DNA from: Candidatus Binatia bacterium
GTDB taxonomy: Bacteria > Desulfobacterota > Binatia > UBA9968 > JAJDTQ01
Length of the DNA: 64,000 bases
Direction of reading: 5' to 3'
Assembly (NCBI GenBank): GCA_963666515.2
Contig: OY762897.2
Span: 3,776,001 to 3,840,000 of the forward strand
A model generated the notes under the pieces. That model made no database searches and was not told the DNA's origin. It saw nothing but the letters and a program-made list of their open reading frames with translations. Both the position numbers and the translations under genes were made by a program. This document shows, in pieces, positions 45,731-55,398 of the stretch. Position 1 is the first letter of the stretch, and each line of letters begins with the position of its first letter.

Positions 45731-46515
45731 CCGAACGCAACGAACCGGTCGTGGTGGGGCTGAACGGCGTGTCGGTGGAGTTGGGCGGCCGCAGCGTCCT
45801 GCACGACATCAACTTCAACGTGCACGAAGGCGGGTTCGTGGGCATCGTGGGCCCCAACGGAGCCGGCAAGACCACGCTCCTGCGCACGATCCTCGGCCTC
45901 GTGCCCGTGGTGAGCGGCCGGGTGGAAGTGTTCGGCTTCCCGCCCGGCCGCAACGGCTCCCACGCCATCGGCTACGTGCCGCAGCGCCAGAGCATCGCCG
46001 ACAACTTCCCGGCCACGGTCGGTGACGTGGTGATGATGGGGCGGCTGCGGCACCTGGGGCTCATGAGGTTCCCCGGCCGGGAGGACTGGCAGCGGGTGGA
46101 CGACAGCCTGGCGCTCGTGGGCATGCGGGACCGCAGGGACCGCGCCGTGGGACGCCTGTCCGGCGGCGAGCAGCGCCGGATCATGCTGGCGCAGGCGCTG
46201 TGCGCCAGCACCCGCCTGCTGGTGCTCGACGAGCCCACGGTGGGGCTCGACCTCCCCGCGGAGCACGAGTTCTACGCGCTGCTGCGGAAGCTCATCCGCG
46301 ATCTGACCCTGACCATCGTGGCGGTGTCCCACGACCTGGTGGCGCTGGCCGGCGAGACCGACGAGCTGATCTGCATCAACCACCGCATGCACATCCACGG
46401 CAACGCCGAGGAGGTGATCCACAGCCACGCCATCCGCGAGGCCTACTGCTGCGAGTTCGACTTCCTGGCCGGCGAGATCGCCCACCACGAGAGCCACGAC
46501 CACGTCGAGTCCTGA
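45727..46515 (+). CDS. znuC: Zinc ABC ATP-binding protein
   Basis: GPNGAGKTT, GYVPQ, LSGGE, LDEPT, SHDL; Cys/His-rich tail. Confidence 0.9.
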   Translation: MTERNEPVVVGLNGVSVELGGRSVLHDINFNVHEGGFVGIVGPNGAGKTTLLRTILGLVPVVSGRVEVFGFPPGRNGSHAIGYVPQRQSIADNFPATVGDVVMMGRLRHLGLMRFPGREDWQRVDDSLALVGMRDRRDRAVGRLSGGEQRRIMLAQALCASTRLLVLDEPTVGLDLPAEHEFYALLRKLIRDLTLTIVAVSHDLVALAGETDELICINHRMHIHGNAEEVIHSHAIREAYCCEFDFLAGEIAHHESHDHVES

Positions 46516-46563
46516 CGACCGGCGCCTCCATCACGGGTTGAACGTCCTCCCATAGCGTCCCTC

Positions 46564-47364
46564 ATGTTCGAATTTGCCTTCATGCAGCGCGCCCTGGCGG
46601 CGGCGGTCCTGGTGGGCCTGCTGTGCGGTATCCTGGGCTTCTTCGTGGTCCTGCGGCGCCTGGCGTTCATCGGCGTGGGCATTTCCCACTCGGCCATCGG
46701 CGGCGTCGCCATCGGCATCCTGGCGGGCTGGAACCCGCTCGTGACCGGCGCCGTTTTCGCGGTCTCCGTGGCGCTGGGCATCGCGCTGGTCAGCCAGAGC
46801 GGCCGCGTCAGCGAAGACACCGTGATCGGCGTGTTCTTCTCGGGGTCGATGGCGCTGGGGATCGTGCTCTTCAGCATGAAGAGCGGCTACCAGCAGGATC
46901 TCTTCAGCTACCTCTTCGGCAACGTGCTGGCCATCTCCACCGCCGAGCTCGTTGCCCTTTCCTGCGCGAGCGCGGTGATCATGGCGGTCATCGTCCTGAC
47001 CTTCAAGGAGCACCTGCTGATCGCGTTCGACGAGGAAGTGGCCTCGGCCTACGGCCACAAGGTCGTCGCGCTCAACGTGCTGCTGCTGGTGATGCTGGCC
47101 CTGACCGTGGTCATCGGCGTGCGGCTGGTGGGCCTGCTGCTCATCCAGGCTCTGCTGGTGGTGCCGGCGGCCATCGCGGCGCTGTGCGTGATGAACTTTC
47201 GCTGGCAGGTGCTGCTGTCTGCGCTGGTGGGGTCCGTCTCCGGCGTCGCCGGCCTGGTGCTGGCCTATCAACTGGACATCGCCGCCGGCGGAGCCATCGT
47301 GCTGGTGGCCGTGGCGCTCTTCTTCGTCACCCTGGTGGCCCGCCTGCTGGGCAGCCGCGGGTAG
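46564..47364 (+). CDS. znuB: Zinc ABC permease
   Basis: FMQRAL, GISHSA, EDTVIG, SYLFGNVL, FDEE. Confidence 0.9.
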   Translation: MFEFAFMQRALAAAVLVGLLCGILGFFVVLRRLAFIGVGISHSAIGGVAIGILAGWNPLVTGAVFAVSVALGIALVSQSGRVSEDTVIGVFFSGSMALGIVLFSMKSGYQQDLFSYLFGNVLAISTAELVALSCASAVIMAVIVLTFKEHLLIAFDEEVASAYGHKVVALNVLLLVMLALTVVIGVRLVGLLLIQALLVVPAAIAALCVMNFRWQVLLSALVGSVSGVAGLVLAYQLDIAAGGAIVLVAVALFFVTLVARLLGSRG

Positions 47365-47433
47365 GGAACCGCGACGTCTGCCCGCACCCCGCGGCATCCA
47401 CCCGTACCCCTTTCGTCATTCTCGCTCCCCTTC

Positions 47434-47461
47434 CGTCATTCCGGCGAAAGCCGGAATCCAG
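47434..47461. repeat. Palindromic repeat family A, single arm, between convergent znuB genes
   Basis: CGTCATTCCGGCGAAAGCCGGAATCCAG. Confidence 0.9.
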
Positions 47462-47478
47462 GGGTGGCGGAGGGGTGC

Positions 47479-48285
47479 TTACGAGGCGCCGGAGCCTGCC
47501 TTCACCGGGAAACGCAGCCGCGTCACCACGAACAACGCCAGCGCCGCGGTCACGATGGAGGGACCCGATGGCGTATCCAGCGTCGCCGAGGCCAGCAGCC
47601 CGCCGGCGATGGCGAGAATCCCCGCCGCGGCCGCGCCGACGGCCATCTTCTCGGGACTCGAGGCAAAGCGCCGGACCGTCGCTGGCGGTATCACCAGCAA
47701 CGCCACCACCAGCAGGATCCCGACGATCTTCACCGCCACCGATATGAGCGCCGCCACCAGGATGCCGAACACCAGCCGCGCGCGTTCCGGCCGGAGTCGC
47801 GCCACCGTGGCGAGATCGACGCTCACGGTGGCCGCCAGGAGCGGGCGCCAGATCCACCACAGCACCCCCAGGACGCAGGCGCCGCCCGCCCAGATGACAG
47901 CGAGGTCCGTTTGCGTCACCGCCAGGATGTCGCCGAAGAGCAGCGCGTGCAGGTCGACTCGCATGTCCGGGAAGAAGGCCAGGACCACCAGGCCCAGCGA
48001 AAGCCCTCCGTGGGCGAGCAGGCCGAGTAAGGTGTCGGTGGGCAGGGTGTCGCTACGCTCGAGAAAGAACATGATCAGCACCACGGAGGAGGCCGTGGCG
48101 AAGATGCCAATGGAAATGTCGATGTCCAGCACGATGGCCACCGCGACCCCCAGCAGGGCCGAGTGGGCGATGGTCTCGCCGAAGTAGGCCAGTCGCCGCC
48201 AGACCACGAAGCACCCCGCCGGACCGGTGACCAGCGCCAGTCCCACACCGGCCAGCAGCGCGCGCATGAAGAAGTCGTCCAGCAT
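47479..48285 (-). CDS. znuB: Zinc ABC permease (second system, proteobacterial ZnuB type)
   Basis: MLDDFFMRALLAG, VVWRRLAYFG..AHSALLG, DTLLGLLAH, LFGDIL, DTPSGPSIV. Confidence 0.92.
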   Translation of the reverse strand: MLDDFFMRALLAGVGLALVTGPAGCFVVWRRLAYFGETIAHSALLGVAVAIVLDIDISIGIFATASSVVLIMFFLERSDTLPTDTLLGLLAHGGLSLGLVVLAFFPDMRVDLHALLFGDILAVTQTDLAVIWAGGACVLGVLWWIWRPLLAATVSVDLATVARLRPERARLVFGILVAALISVAVKIVGILLVVALLVIPPATVRRFASSPEKMAVGAAAAGILAIAGGLLASATLDTPSGPSIVTAALALFVVTRLRFPVKAGSGAS

Positions 48286-48288
48286 GGA

Positions 48289-48987
48289 TCAATACCGGGA
48301 GTCGTCCTCGTCGCTCTCCGCCAACGACCGGAAGGCTTCGATGCCGAAGGGCGGGTCGTCATGTTCGTGCGGCACCAGGACCACGAGGTCGTCGCCCGTG
48401 TTCATGGCCTTCTGGAGGTCGTGGGAGATGATCAGGACGCCGCAGCCGAGGTCGCGGCGGATCCCTTCGAGCAGCTCCTGCAAGACGTCCGTGCCGCTGG
48501 CGTCGACGCCCTGTTCGGGTTCGTCAAGCACCAGCAGGTCGGGCCGGTGGATGAGCGCCCGCGCCAGCAGCAACCGCTGGAACTCGCCCCCCGACAGGGT
48601 GGTGACCGGCGGGTCGCCGAGCCGTTCGAGACCCACGGCAGCGAGGGCGGCATCGATCCGGGCGGGAGCGAAACGGCCGGTCAGAGTCATCAGGCGGCGC
48701 AGGGTCAACGGCAGGGTCGGGGTCACCGTCAGTCTCTGCGGGACATAGCCCACGTGCAGAGACGGCGCCCGCTCCACCTGACCCTCGGTGAGGTCGATCA
48801 AGCCGAGCACGGCCTTGACGCAGGTGGACTTGCCGGCGCCGTTGGCGCCGATGAGGTAGACCATGTCGCCGCGGGCCACCTTGAGGTCCACGTGGCGGAA
48901 GATCCAGCGCTCGCCCCGCCGCACGCCGATGTCGCGGGCGTCGACGAGCCTGTCGGGTGCGGCATGCGGTGTGCCGGGGGTGTCCAT
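48289..48987 (-). CDS. znuC: Zinc ABC ATP-binding protein (second system), C-terminus apparently shortened
   Basis: GANGAGKST, GYVPQ, LSGGEFQR, LDEPEQGVD, ISHDL. Confidence 0.88.
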   Translation of the reverse strand: MDTPGTPHAAPDRLVDARDIGVRRGERWIFRHVDLKVARGDMVYLIGANGAGKSTCVKAVLGLIDLTEGQVERAPSLHVGYVPQRLTVTPTLPLTLRRLMTLTGRFAPARIDAALAAVGLERLGDPPVTTLSGGEFQRLLLARALIHRPDLLVLDEPEQGVDASGTDVLQELLEGIRRDLGCGVLIISHDLQKAMNTGDDLVVLVPHEHDDPPFGIEAFRSLAESDEDDSRY

Positions 48988-49088
48988 CAGCGCGCGCGGG
49001 AGCTTGGGGCAATCGATCGCACTTGATCGCTTGAAGCGTTCCGGTTAGTTTCTCGCAAAAATCCAACCCGCGCTCAAGGGGCGACGTC

Positions 49089-50024
49089 ATGATGGGCAGA
49101 AACGTTTTGCCGGTACTGCTGTTTTCCTGCGCGATGGCCGGATCCGCGGCGGCCAGCGCCGCGGATCGGGTCGTGGCCACGTTCAAGCCGGTGCACTCGC
49201 TGGTGAGCGCCGTGATGGCCGGGGTGGGCGAGCCTCACCTGATCATGCGCGGCGCGGCCTCGCCGCACACCTACCGCATGCGCCCGTCCGACGCCCGGGT
49301 GATCGGTAAAGCCCGCGTCATCTTCATGATCGGCGAGGCCGTCGAGAATACGCTGGCCGGACCCATCCGCAAGCTCGGCGGAAAAGCCCGCGTGGTGGAG
49401 TTGGGAAAGGTGCCGGGGCTGGTCCGCATGCCGCTCCGCAAGGGCGGCGGGTTCGAGGACGAAGACCACGGCCACGGACATGATCACGGGCACGAAGACG
49501 ACGCCTTCGACATGCACGTCTGGCTCGACCCGGTGAATGCCGGGTTGATGGCGCTGGTCATCGCCCGCAACCTTGGCGAGGTCGATCCGGCCAATGCCGC
49601 GAAGTACCAGGCCAACGCCGACGCCGTGATCGCCGGACTGGACGAGTTGACCGCGAAGCTCGACGCGGAACTGGCCCCGGTGCGGGACAAGCCCTTCATC
49701 GTGTTCCACGACGCCTACCAGTACTTCGAGAAGCGCTTCGGCCTCAGGGCCGTGGGTTCTGCGGTGGTCAGCACGGGCCGGTCGCCCGGCGTCCGCCGCG
49801 TCAGGGAACTGCGCAAGAAGGTGCGCGACCTGGGTGTCGTCTGCGTACTCGCCGAGCCCCGCTACGACCCGCGCTTCGTCAAGCTCATTACCGAAGGCAC
49901 CAAGGCGCGCGGCGGCACCGTCGATCCCGCGGGCACGGCCATCAAGCCCGGACCCGGGATGTACGTCAGCCTGTTGCGCAACATGGCCAAATCGTTCAGG
50001 GAGTGCCTGGCGCCAGCCGGTTAG
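49089..50024 (+). CDS. znuA: Zinc ABC substrate-binding protein (second system)
   Basis: KPVHSLV, ASPHTY, short His loop, DMHVWLDP, VFHDAYQYFE, CVLAEP. Confidence 0.92.
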   Translation: MMGRNVLPVLLFSCAMAGSAAASAADRVVATFKPVHSLVSAVMAGVGEPHLIMRGAASPHTYRMRPSDARVIGKARVIFMIGEAVENTLAGPIRKLGGKARVVELGKVPGLVRMPLRKGGGFEDEDHGHGHDHGHEDDAFDMHVWLDPVNAGLMALVIARNLGEVDPANAAKYQANADAVIAGLDELTAKLDAELAPVRDKPFIVFHDAYQYFEKRFGLRAVGSAVVSTGRSPGVRRVRELRKKVRDLGVVCVLAEPRYDPRFVKLITEGTKARGGTVDPAGTAIKPGPGMYVSLLRNMAKSFRECLAPAG

Positions 50025-50033
50025 CCCCGCAGC

Positions 50034-50133
50034 CGTCATTCCGGCGAAAGCCGGAATCCAGACGGGGTGAGGCGAGGCAGCACGCCCGTTTGCCCCTCCC
50101 CACCCCTGGATTCCGGCTTTCGCCGGAATGACG
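50034..50133. repeat. Palindromic repeat family A, two-arm element (100 bp) between convergent genes
   Basis: Both arms intact. Confidence 0.92.
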
Positions 50134-51597
50134 TTATCCGGCACTTCCGCGTGAAAGGTTCAGTGCGAACCCCTTGTTGCGCACCTGTATGTGCGCATAG
50201 TCCGCTCGCTGCGTGAACCCCTCCACCAGCCGCGTCACCGGCTCCATCTCGAAGGGATAGTCCCGGGGCGGGCCGGCCGCCCGCATGGCGTCGATCTCCT
50301 CCCGCGTCAGGAAGTACCGCAGCAGCAGCTCCTCGTCCGACACCCCCGCGCCGCCGTACCTGGCGCGCAGCTCCTGGATCGTGGGCTCCGGCGGCTCCCA
50401 CTCGGCCAGCTCCCTGGCGCGCGGGCACCCGAGGATGCGGTCCTTCACGTCCGGGTCCATGGAGTCGCTGCCCTCCCGGCCCCAGCGGCCCAGGGCGTAG
50501 AGGATCACCTGGTCGGTGACCTCCTTGTAGCGTTCTCCCACGATGATGTTGATGGCCGCCTGGCTGCCCACGAACTGGGAAAGGGGCGTCACCATGATGG
50601 GGTAGCCCAGCTCCTCGCGCACCCGCACCACCTCCTCCAGCGCCCGTTCCATGTGGCCGCCCAGGCCCACCCGCGCGAGCTGGTGGCGCAGGTTGGAGAT
50701 CATGCCCCCCGGCACCTGGTGCAGGTACTGGCTGTAGTCGTACTCCACCGGCGCGCCGATGGGGAATCCCTCGCGCCGCGCGACGTCGTAGAAGTAGTCG
50801 GACACCGGCCGCAGCACCTCCTCGTCCACCGCGGTCTCGTAGCCCAGGCTGCGGGCGTTGGCCGCGACGTTGAACAGCGACGGGTTGGACGAGCCGTTGG
50901 CCAGCGGCGGCAGCGCGGTGTTGATGATGCGTATCCCCTGCCGGATGGCCTCCAGCGCGCACAGCGGCCCCAGGCCCGTGGTGCAGTGGGTGTGGAACTC
51001 CAGCGGGATGCCGCCGGTGTTCTCCTGGATGAGCGGCACCAGCGCGCGGGTGCGGTCCGGCGTCAGCAGCCCGCCGGGGTCCTTGAAGCAGATGCGCGCC
51101 ACCGGCAGCTTTGCCGCCTCGCGGGCGCGCTCCGCGAAGTACGCGTCGGTGTGCTTGGGCGAAACCGAGTAGATGATGTTGAGGATGGGCTCCAGGCCCG
51201 CATCGGTGGCGATGCGCAGCGTCTTGCGCCACCCCGCGGGATCGTTCCACTCGTCGGAGATGCGCCCCTGGCGTACGCCGTTGGCCGCCATCCGCTCCAG
51301 GAAGATGCGCTGGATCGTCTCCGGCGTCAGCTCGAACCCGTTGCGCCCCCCGATGATGACCCGCAACGGCGTTTCCCGGATGCGCCCGGCCACCAGCCGT
51401 ATCCGCTCCCAGGGATCCTCGTGCAGCTCCCGCACGCACTTCTTGATGTGCGAGCTGGACATCAGCTCCATGCCCCTGAAGCCCGCCCGGTCCATGCGCT
51501 CCCCCACCGCCAGCATCATCCCCGTGCGCATGGACTCCGCCCAAAGGCTCTGGTGCCCGTCCCGCAACGTGGTGTCGACGAATTCTATGGGTTCCAT
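50134..51597 (-). CDS. Pyruvate/oxaloacetate carboxyltransferase-like protein (no biotin-carrier domain)
   Basis: DTTLRDGHQSL, EDPWER, FKDPGGLL, HTHCTTG, HQVPGGMISN, GYPIMVTPLSQ. Confidence 0.9.
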   Translation of the reverse strand: MEPIEFVDTTLRDGHQSLWAESMRTGMMLAVGERMDRAGFRGMELMSSSHIKKCVRELHEDPWERIRLVAGRIRETPLRVIIGGRNGFELTPETIQRIFLERMAANGVRQGRISDEWNDPAGWRKTLRIATDAGLEPILNIIYSVSPKHTDAYFAERAREAAKLPVARICFKDPGGLLTPDRTRALVPLIQENTGGIPLEFHTHCTTGLGPLCALEAIRQGIRIINTALPPLANGSSNPSLFNVAANARSLGYETAVDEEVLRPVSDYFYDVARREGFPIGAPVEYDYSQYLHQVPGGMISNLRHQLARVGLGGHMERALEEVVRVREELGYPIMVTPLSQFVGSQAAINIIVGERYKEVTDQVILYALGRWGREGSDSMDPDVKDRILGCPRARELAEWEPPEPTIQELRARYGGAGVSDEELLLRYFLTREEIDAMRAAGPPRDYPFEMEPVTRLVEGFTQRADYAHIQVRNKGFALNLSRGSAG

Positions 51598-51668
51598 GGG
51601 AATTCCTTTCTCACTCCGTACCGAACGTCTCTGTCACTACCATGAAACAGCCTTGCCGCGCCCGCATC

Positions 51669-51740
51669 CGTCATTCCGGCGAAAGCCGGAATCCAGGGGG
51701 TGGGAAGGGGGTCTGGATTCCGGCTTTCGCCGGAATGACG
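51669..51740. repeat. Palindromic repeat family A, two-arm element (72 bp)
   Basis: Both arms intact, short spacer, flanks extend the stem (GCATC/GATGC). Confidence 0.92.
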
Positions 51741-51790
51741 GATGCGAAGCGGCAGCGGCATTGTGGTGCGACGCTGAGATCACAAGCGCG

Positions 51791-53242
51791 TCAACACCCG
51801 GCCGCCGCGTTGCGTCCGGCGATGCGGCCGAAGGCCAGCACCTCGGTCAGGTTGCCGGCGCCCGGGTAGTTCCGGGACCACATGGAGCCCAGTTCGCCGG
51901 CGCCGTACAGCCCCTTGATGGGATGGCCCCAGGCGTTCAGCACCTGGGCGCGGGCGTTGCGCCGCGGGCCGCCCTGGGTGTTGAACAGGCTGGGCCACAG
52001 GGCGGCGCCGTAGAATGGGGGGCGCGCCAGTGGCTTCAGCGTGTCGGGGGAGCGGCCGAGGGCTTCGTCGTGGCGCTCGGCGCAGGCTCGGTTGTACGCG
52101 TCCACGGTCCGTTCCAGCGCGGCGGGGTCGAGGCCGAGCTCGACCGCCAGGGCCGCCGGGGTGGCGCCCGCCTTGATCCAGCCCTTGGCTACCTCCGCGG
52201 CGTTGTCGTCGCTCCACTGATAATGTTTGGCCACGGCGCCCCGGCCGGTGTTGGCCACCGGCCCGGCCGCGCGAGTGGCCTCGTCGAAGACCACGAAGCA
52301 GGGGACGCGCGGGCGCTCCATGGTCTCCAGGTCCAGCTCCGTTACCAGCGAGCCCACGGCGTGGGCGTCCATGGCGGTCTCGTCCACGAAGCGGCGCGCG
52401 TGACGGTCCACGTAGATGAACCCCGGACCGGGCATGGCGTGGATGATCGCACAGTCCAACCCGTTCACGCGGTAGCCGAAGCCCGCGGCCACGGCGTTCA
52501 TGTGCCACAGGGCGGCGCCCGCGTCCGCGGCCATGCGGATGCCGTCGCCGGTGTGGCCGGACGCGCCCAGCGACCAGAACCGCTGCCCCAGGAACTGGAG
52601 CTGCATGTCGGGGTCCCATTCGTAGCCGCCACAGGCGAGGACCACCGCCTTGCGGGCGTGGATGGCGATTTCCTCGCCGCCCCGGCGCGCCGTGAGCCCG
52701 GTGACCGCGCCGTCGCGCAGCAGCCGCACGGCCGGGCACTCGAACAGCACCGGGATGCAGCGCTCGTCCACGTTCCGGTCCAGCAGCTCCCACAGGTCGC
52801 CGCCGTTTGCGGTGGTCTCGCCCTTGACCCGGAGCCTCGGACCGACGCCGTCCGCGCCGGGCTGTTCCGGCGAAGCGGCGCCGGTGGGATAGACGGGATA
52901 GCTCGCGGGCGCGGCCTGGATCGGGTCCATCACCACCTCCCCGCCGATGGAGCGGAGCCACGGCTCGTTTCCGTGGCTCTCGCGCACCAGCGTCTCGATG
53001 ACCTCCGGGTCGGTGGCGCCGCCGCACAGGAAGGAGATGTGCTCCACGGCCCGTTCCACCGCCCCGAAGGTGCGCACCGAGCCGGCGGAGAGCTTCGTGT
53101 TGCCGCCGCCCGAACCCGCCTTCTCCACGATCAGCACCTTGGCGCCGAGATCGGCTGCGGTAATGGCCGCGGTGGCGCCGGCGCCGCCGTAGCCCACCAC
53201 GGCCACGTCGGTCTCGCGTGATGACGCGAAGGCCTTGCTCAT
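51791..53242 (-). CDS. FAD-binding dehydrogenase (fumarate reductase/3-ketosteroid dehydrogenase flavoprotein family)
   Basis: Start MSKAFASS at 53242; VVGYGGAG, GGNT, VVLACGG, TGDG, RFVDE, TQGGP, GLYGAGE, FGRIAG. Confidence 0.88.
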   Translation of the reverse strand: MSKAFASSRETDVAVVGYGGAGATAAITAADLGAKVLIVEKAGSGGGNTKLSAGSVRTFGAVERAVEHISFLCGGATDPEVIETLVRESHGNEPWLRSIGGEVVMDPIQAAPASYPVYPTGAASPEQPGADGVGPRLRVKGETTANGGDLWELLDRNVDERCIPVLFECPAVRLLRDGAVTGLTARRGGEEIAIHARKAVVLACGGYEWDPDMQLQFLGQRFWSLGASGHTGDGIRMAADAGAALWHMNAVAAGFGYRVNGLDCAIIHAMPGPGFIYVDRHARRFVDETAMDAHAVGSLVTELDLETMERPRVPCFVVFDEATRAAGPVANTGRGAVAKHYQWSDDNAAEVAKGWIKAGATPAALAVELGLDPAALERTVDAYNRACAERHDEALGRSPDTLKPLARPPFYGAALWPSLFNTQGGPRRNARAQVLNAWGHPIKGLYGAGELGSMWSRNYPGAGNLTEVLAFGRIAGRNAAAGC

Positions 53243-54288
53243 TCCGGCTTCACCAGCCGCCCCTCCTGCACCAGCCGCTCGATGATCTTGCGGGCTTCGG
53301 CGCGGGTCTCCACCGTGTCCTGCAGCTTGCGGTCGCGCCAGCCGTCGTTGGGCCAGCGCTTGGCCTTGGCGTAGACCGGGGCGTACATGTCGCTGCGCAG
53401 CTCGATGAGGAAGTTCCACACGTGGCCCGAGTCGGCCATGCGGGTGCGCTCCCAGCGCAGGTTGTCGATGTCCACCATGCCGGTGACCACGGCCTCGCCG
53501 GGAGCATTGGCCGACGCCTGCACGTGGCCCATGTAGTCGATGAGCTGGGTCATGCCGCGGTAGCCGCCGGTGGGGCGGTTGGAGCCCACGAAGGCGCCGC
53601 AGTTGACCGACAGGAAGTAGCACAGGTTTTCGTACGCGCGGGCGCGCCGGAGCACGTCCCAGGCCTCGCCTTCCGGCGCGTAGGGCTCGGCCGTGGGGTG
53701 GATCAGCAACTCGGCGCCGCGCAGCGCCAGGCAGCGGGCCATTTCCGGGAACACCACGTCGGTGCAGGTGAGGCACGCCAGCCGGCCGATCTCGGTGTCC
53801 GCCACCGGGAACATGGCGTCCTCGCCGTAGCGCTCGGTGTACTCGGAGTAGACGTCGCCGGGGCCGGTGTAGGTCGTGTTGAGGTTGTTGGGGCCGTTGT
53901 TCTTCCGGTACTTGAGGATGATCTCGCCGTCGGGGTCGATGATGAAGCTCGTGTTGAAGAGCCGCCCGGGCCAGTCGTCGTCGCGCTCGTAGAGGTTGCC
54001 GGCGATGTGGCAGCCCCGCTCCCGGGCCTTGCGGCCGATCTGTTCGGTGACGTCGCCGGGGATGGTCTCGGCCAGCGCCAGCCACTCGTCCACCGAGCGC
54101 GGCCGATACTGCCCGATGATGCCGTACTCCGAGAACACCGCCAGCTTCACGTCGCCGAGACGCAGCGCGGTCCAGTCCAGCAGCTCGAAGATGCGCCCGA
54201 GATTCTCGTCGATGATCGCGTTGCGTTCCCTGGGCTCGACGATGACGCGGGTCTGTTGCTGGATAAGGGCCACTCGATACGGTTTCAT
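53239..54288 (-). CDS. Nitrilase/carbon-nitrogen hydrolase family protein
   Basis: Start MKPYRVAL; catalytic E (FSEY), K (KYRK), C (LTCTD), FPE, RARAYEN. Confidence 0.88.
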   Translation of the reverse strand: MKPYRVALIQQQTRVIVEPRERNAIIDENLGRIFELLDWTALRLGDVKLAVFSEYGIIGQYRPRSVDEWLALAETIPGDVTEQIGRKARERGCHIAGNLYERDDDWPGRLFNTSFIIDPDGEIILKYRKNNGPNNLNTTYTGPGDVYSEYTERYGEDAMFPVADTEIGRLACLTCTDVVFPEMARCLALRGAELLIHPTAEPYAPEGEAWDVLRRARAYENLCYFLSVNCGAFVGSNRPTGGYRGMTQLIDYMGHVQASANAPGEAVVTGMVDIDNLRWERTRMADSGHVWNFLIELRSDMYAPVYAKAKRWPNDGWRDRKLQDTVETRAEARKIIERLVQEGRLVKPE

Positions 54289-55187
54289 GAGTCCTCCTTG
54301 CCCCGGCTCGCCAGGAACCACTCGGCCATCTCCTCGCGCTTGGGATACCACACGCCGTCGAATGTCTTCACGTAGTCCACGAACTCGCGCAGGGCGCGGA
54401 TGGCGTACGCCTGGCCCATGACGTGGGGGTGCATGCCGACGTTCATGATGCGGCCGCTGGCGGCTCCTTCCAGGTAGAGCTGGTCGAACTGCTCCCGGAA
54501 CAGCTCCAGGGCCTGGGAGGTGGTCCGTCCGCCGCGCGAGAACACCGCGAAGTCGTTGACGTCGTTGGAGTAGGGGATGCACACCAGCGGCCCGTGGCGG
54601 GTGTCGAGCAGATAGGGCTGGTCGTCGTTCAGGTAGTCCGCCTGGAACAGCAGGCCCAGCTCCTTCAGGATGTGCGGCGTCTCGTGGGTGCTCCGTAGCG
54701 AAGACGACAGCCATCCCCGTGCCGGCCGCCCCACCGCCTCGGCGTAGGCGTCCAGGGTGCGGCGGATCACCTCGCGCTCCTTGTCGGGCTGGTTCGCGTA
54801 GTACGTGAGCACGTCGTTCTGCGCGTAGTTGTGGGCCAGGATTTCCCAGCCGCGCTCGTTGGCGGCGTCGATGATGCGGCGGCGCTCGATGCCGGTGAGC
54901 GCGTTCATGGTGCAGGTGGCCGGCACCCCGGCTCGGTCGAACACGTCGATGATGCGCCACACCCCGACCCGCTGCCCGTACTCGCGCCACGTCCAGTTGG
55001 CATAGTCCGGGACGTTGCCCGGCAGCACATGCGGAATGGTCGCCGGCCCGCCAGGATAGAGCGGCTCGGCGCTGTCCCGGGTCATCTCCCAGTACTCGAT
55101 GTTGATGGTGAAGATCAGCGCCACCCGCGCGCCGTCAGGCCAGCGCAGCGGCGGCCGGTCGGGAAAGGCGACGTAGTCGTACAGCAT
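54285..55187 (-). CDS. Polysaccharide deacetylase family (PuuE-like) protein
   Basis: Start MLYDYVAF; WPDGARVA, EYGQRVGVWR, WEILAH, DDQPY, PYS.DVND, GMHPHVMG. Confidence 0.88.
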   Translation of the reverse strand: MLYDYVAFPDRPPLRWPDGARVALIFTINIEYWEMTRDSAEPLYPGGPATIPHVLPGNVPDYANWTWREYGQRVGVWRIIDVFDRAGVPATCTMNALTGIERRRIIDAANERGWEILAHNYAQNDVLTYYANQPDKEREVIRRTLDAYAEAVGRPARGWLSSSLRSTHETPHILKELGLLFQADYLNDDQPYLLDTRHGPLVCIPYSNDVNDFAVFSRGGRTTSQALELFREQFDQLYLEGAASGRIMNVGMHPHVMGQAYAIRALREFVDYVKTFDGVWYPKREEMAEWFLASRGKEDS

Positions 55188-55398
55188 GGGGCTCCTTCGG
55201 CAGCCGGTCCTGCGGCCCTGCCGGTCCGCGCGAGGTTCGCCAGCCGGCTGCACCCCATTCATAGACGGACAGGCGCGGTCCTGTCGATACCTGGGCGGGT
55301 CCGCCTGCGCTACACTCGCTGAGGGGCTCTGTTGCAAACGCTGCCGGAATCGGGTGAAATTCTGAACAGGTCCAACGAAAAAACTACGGGAGATACAC

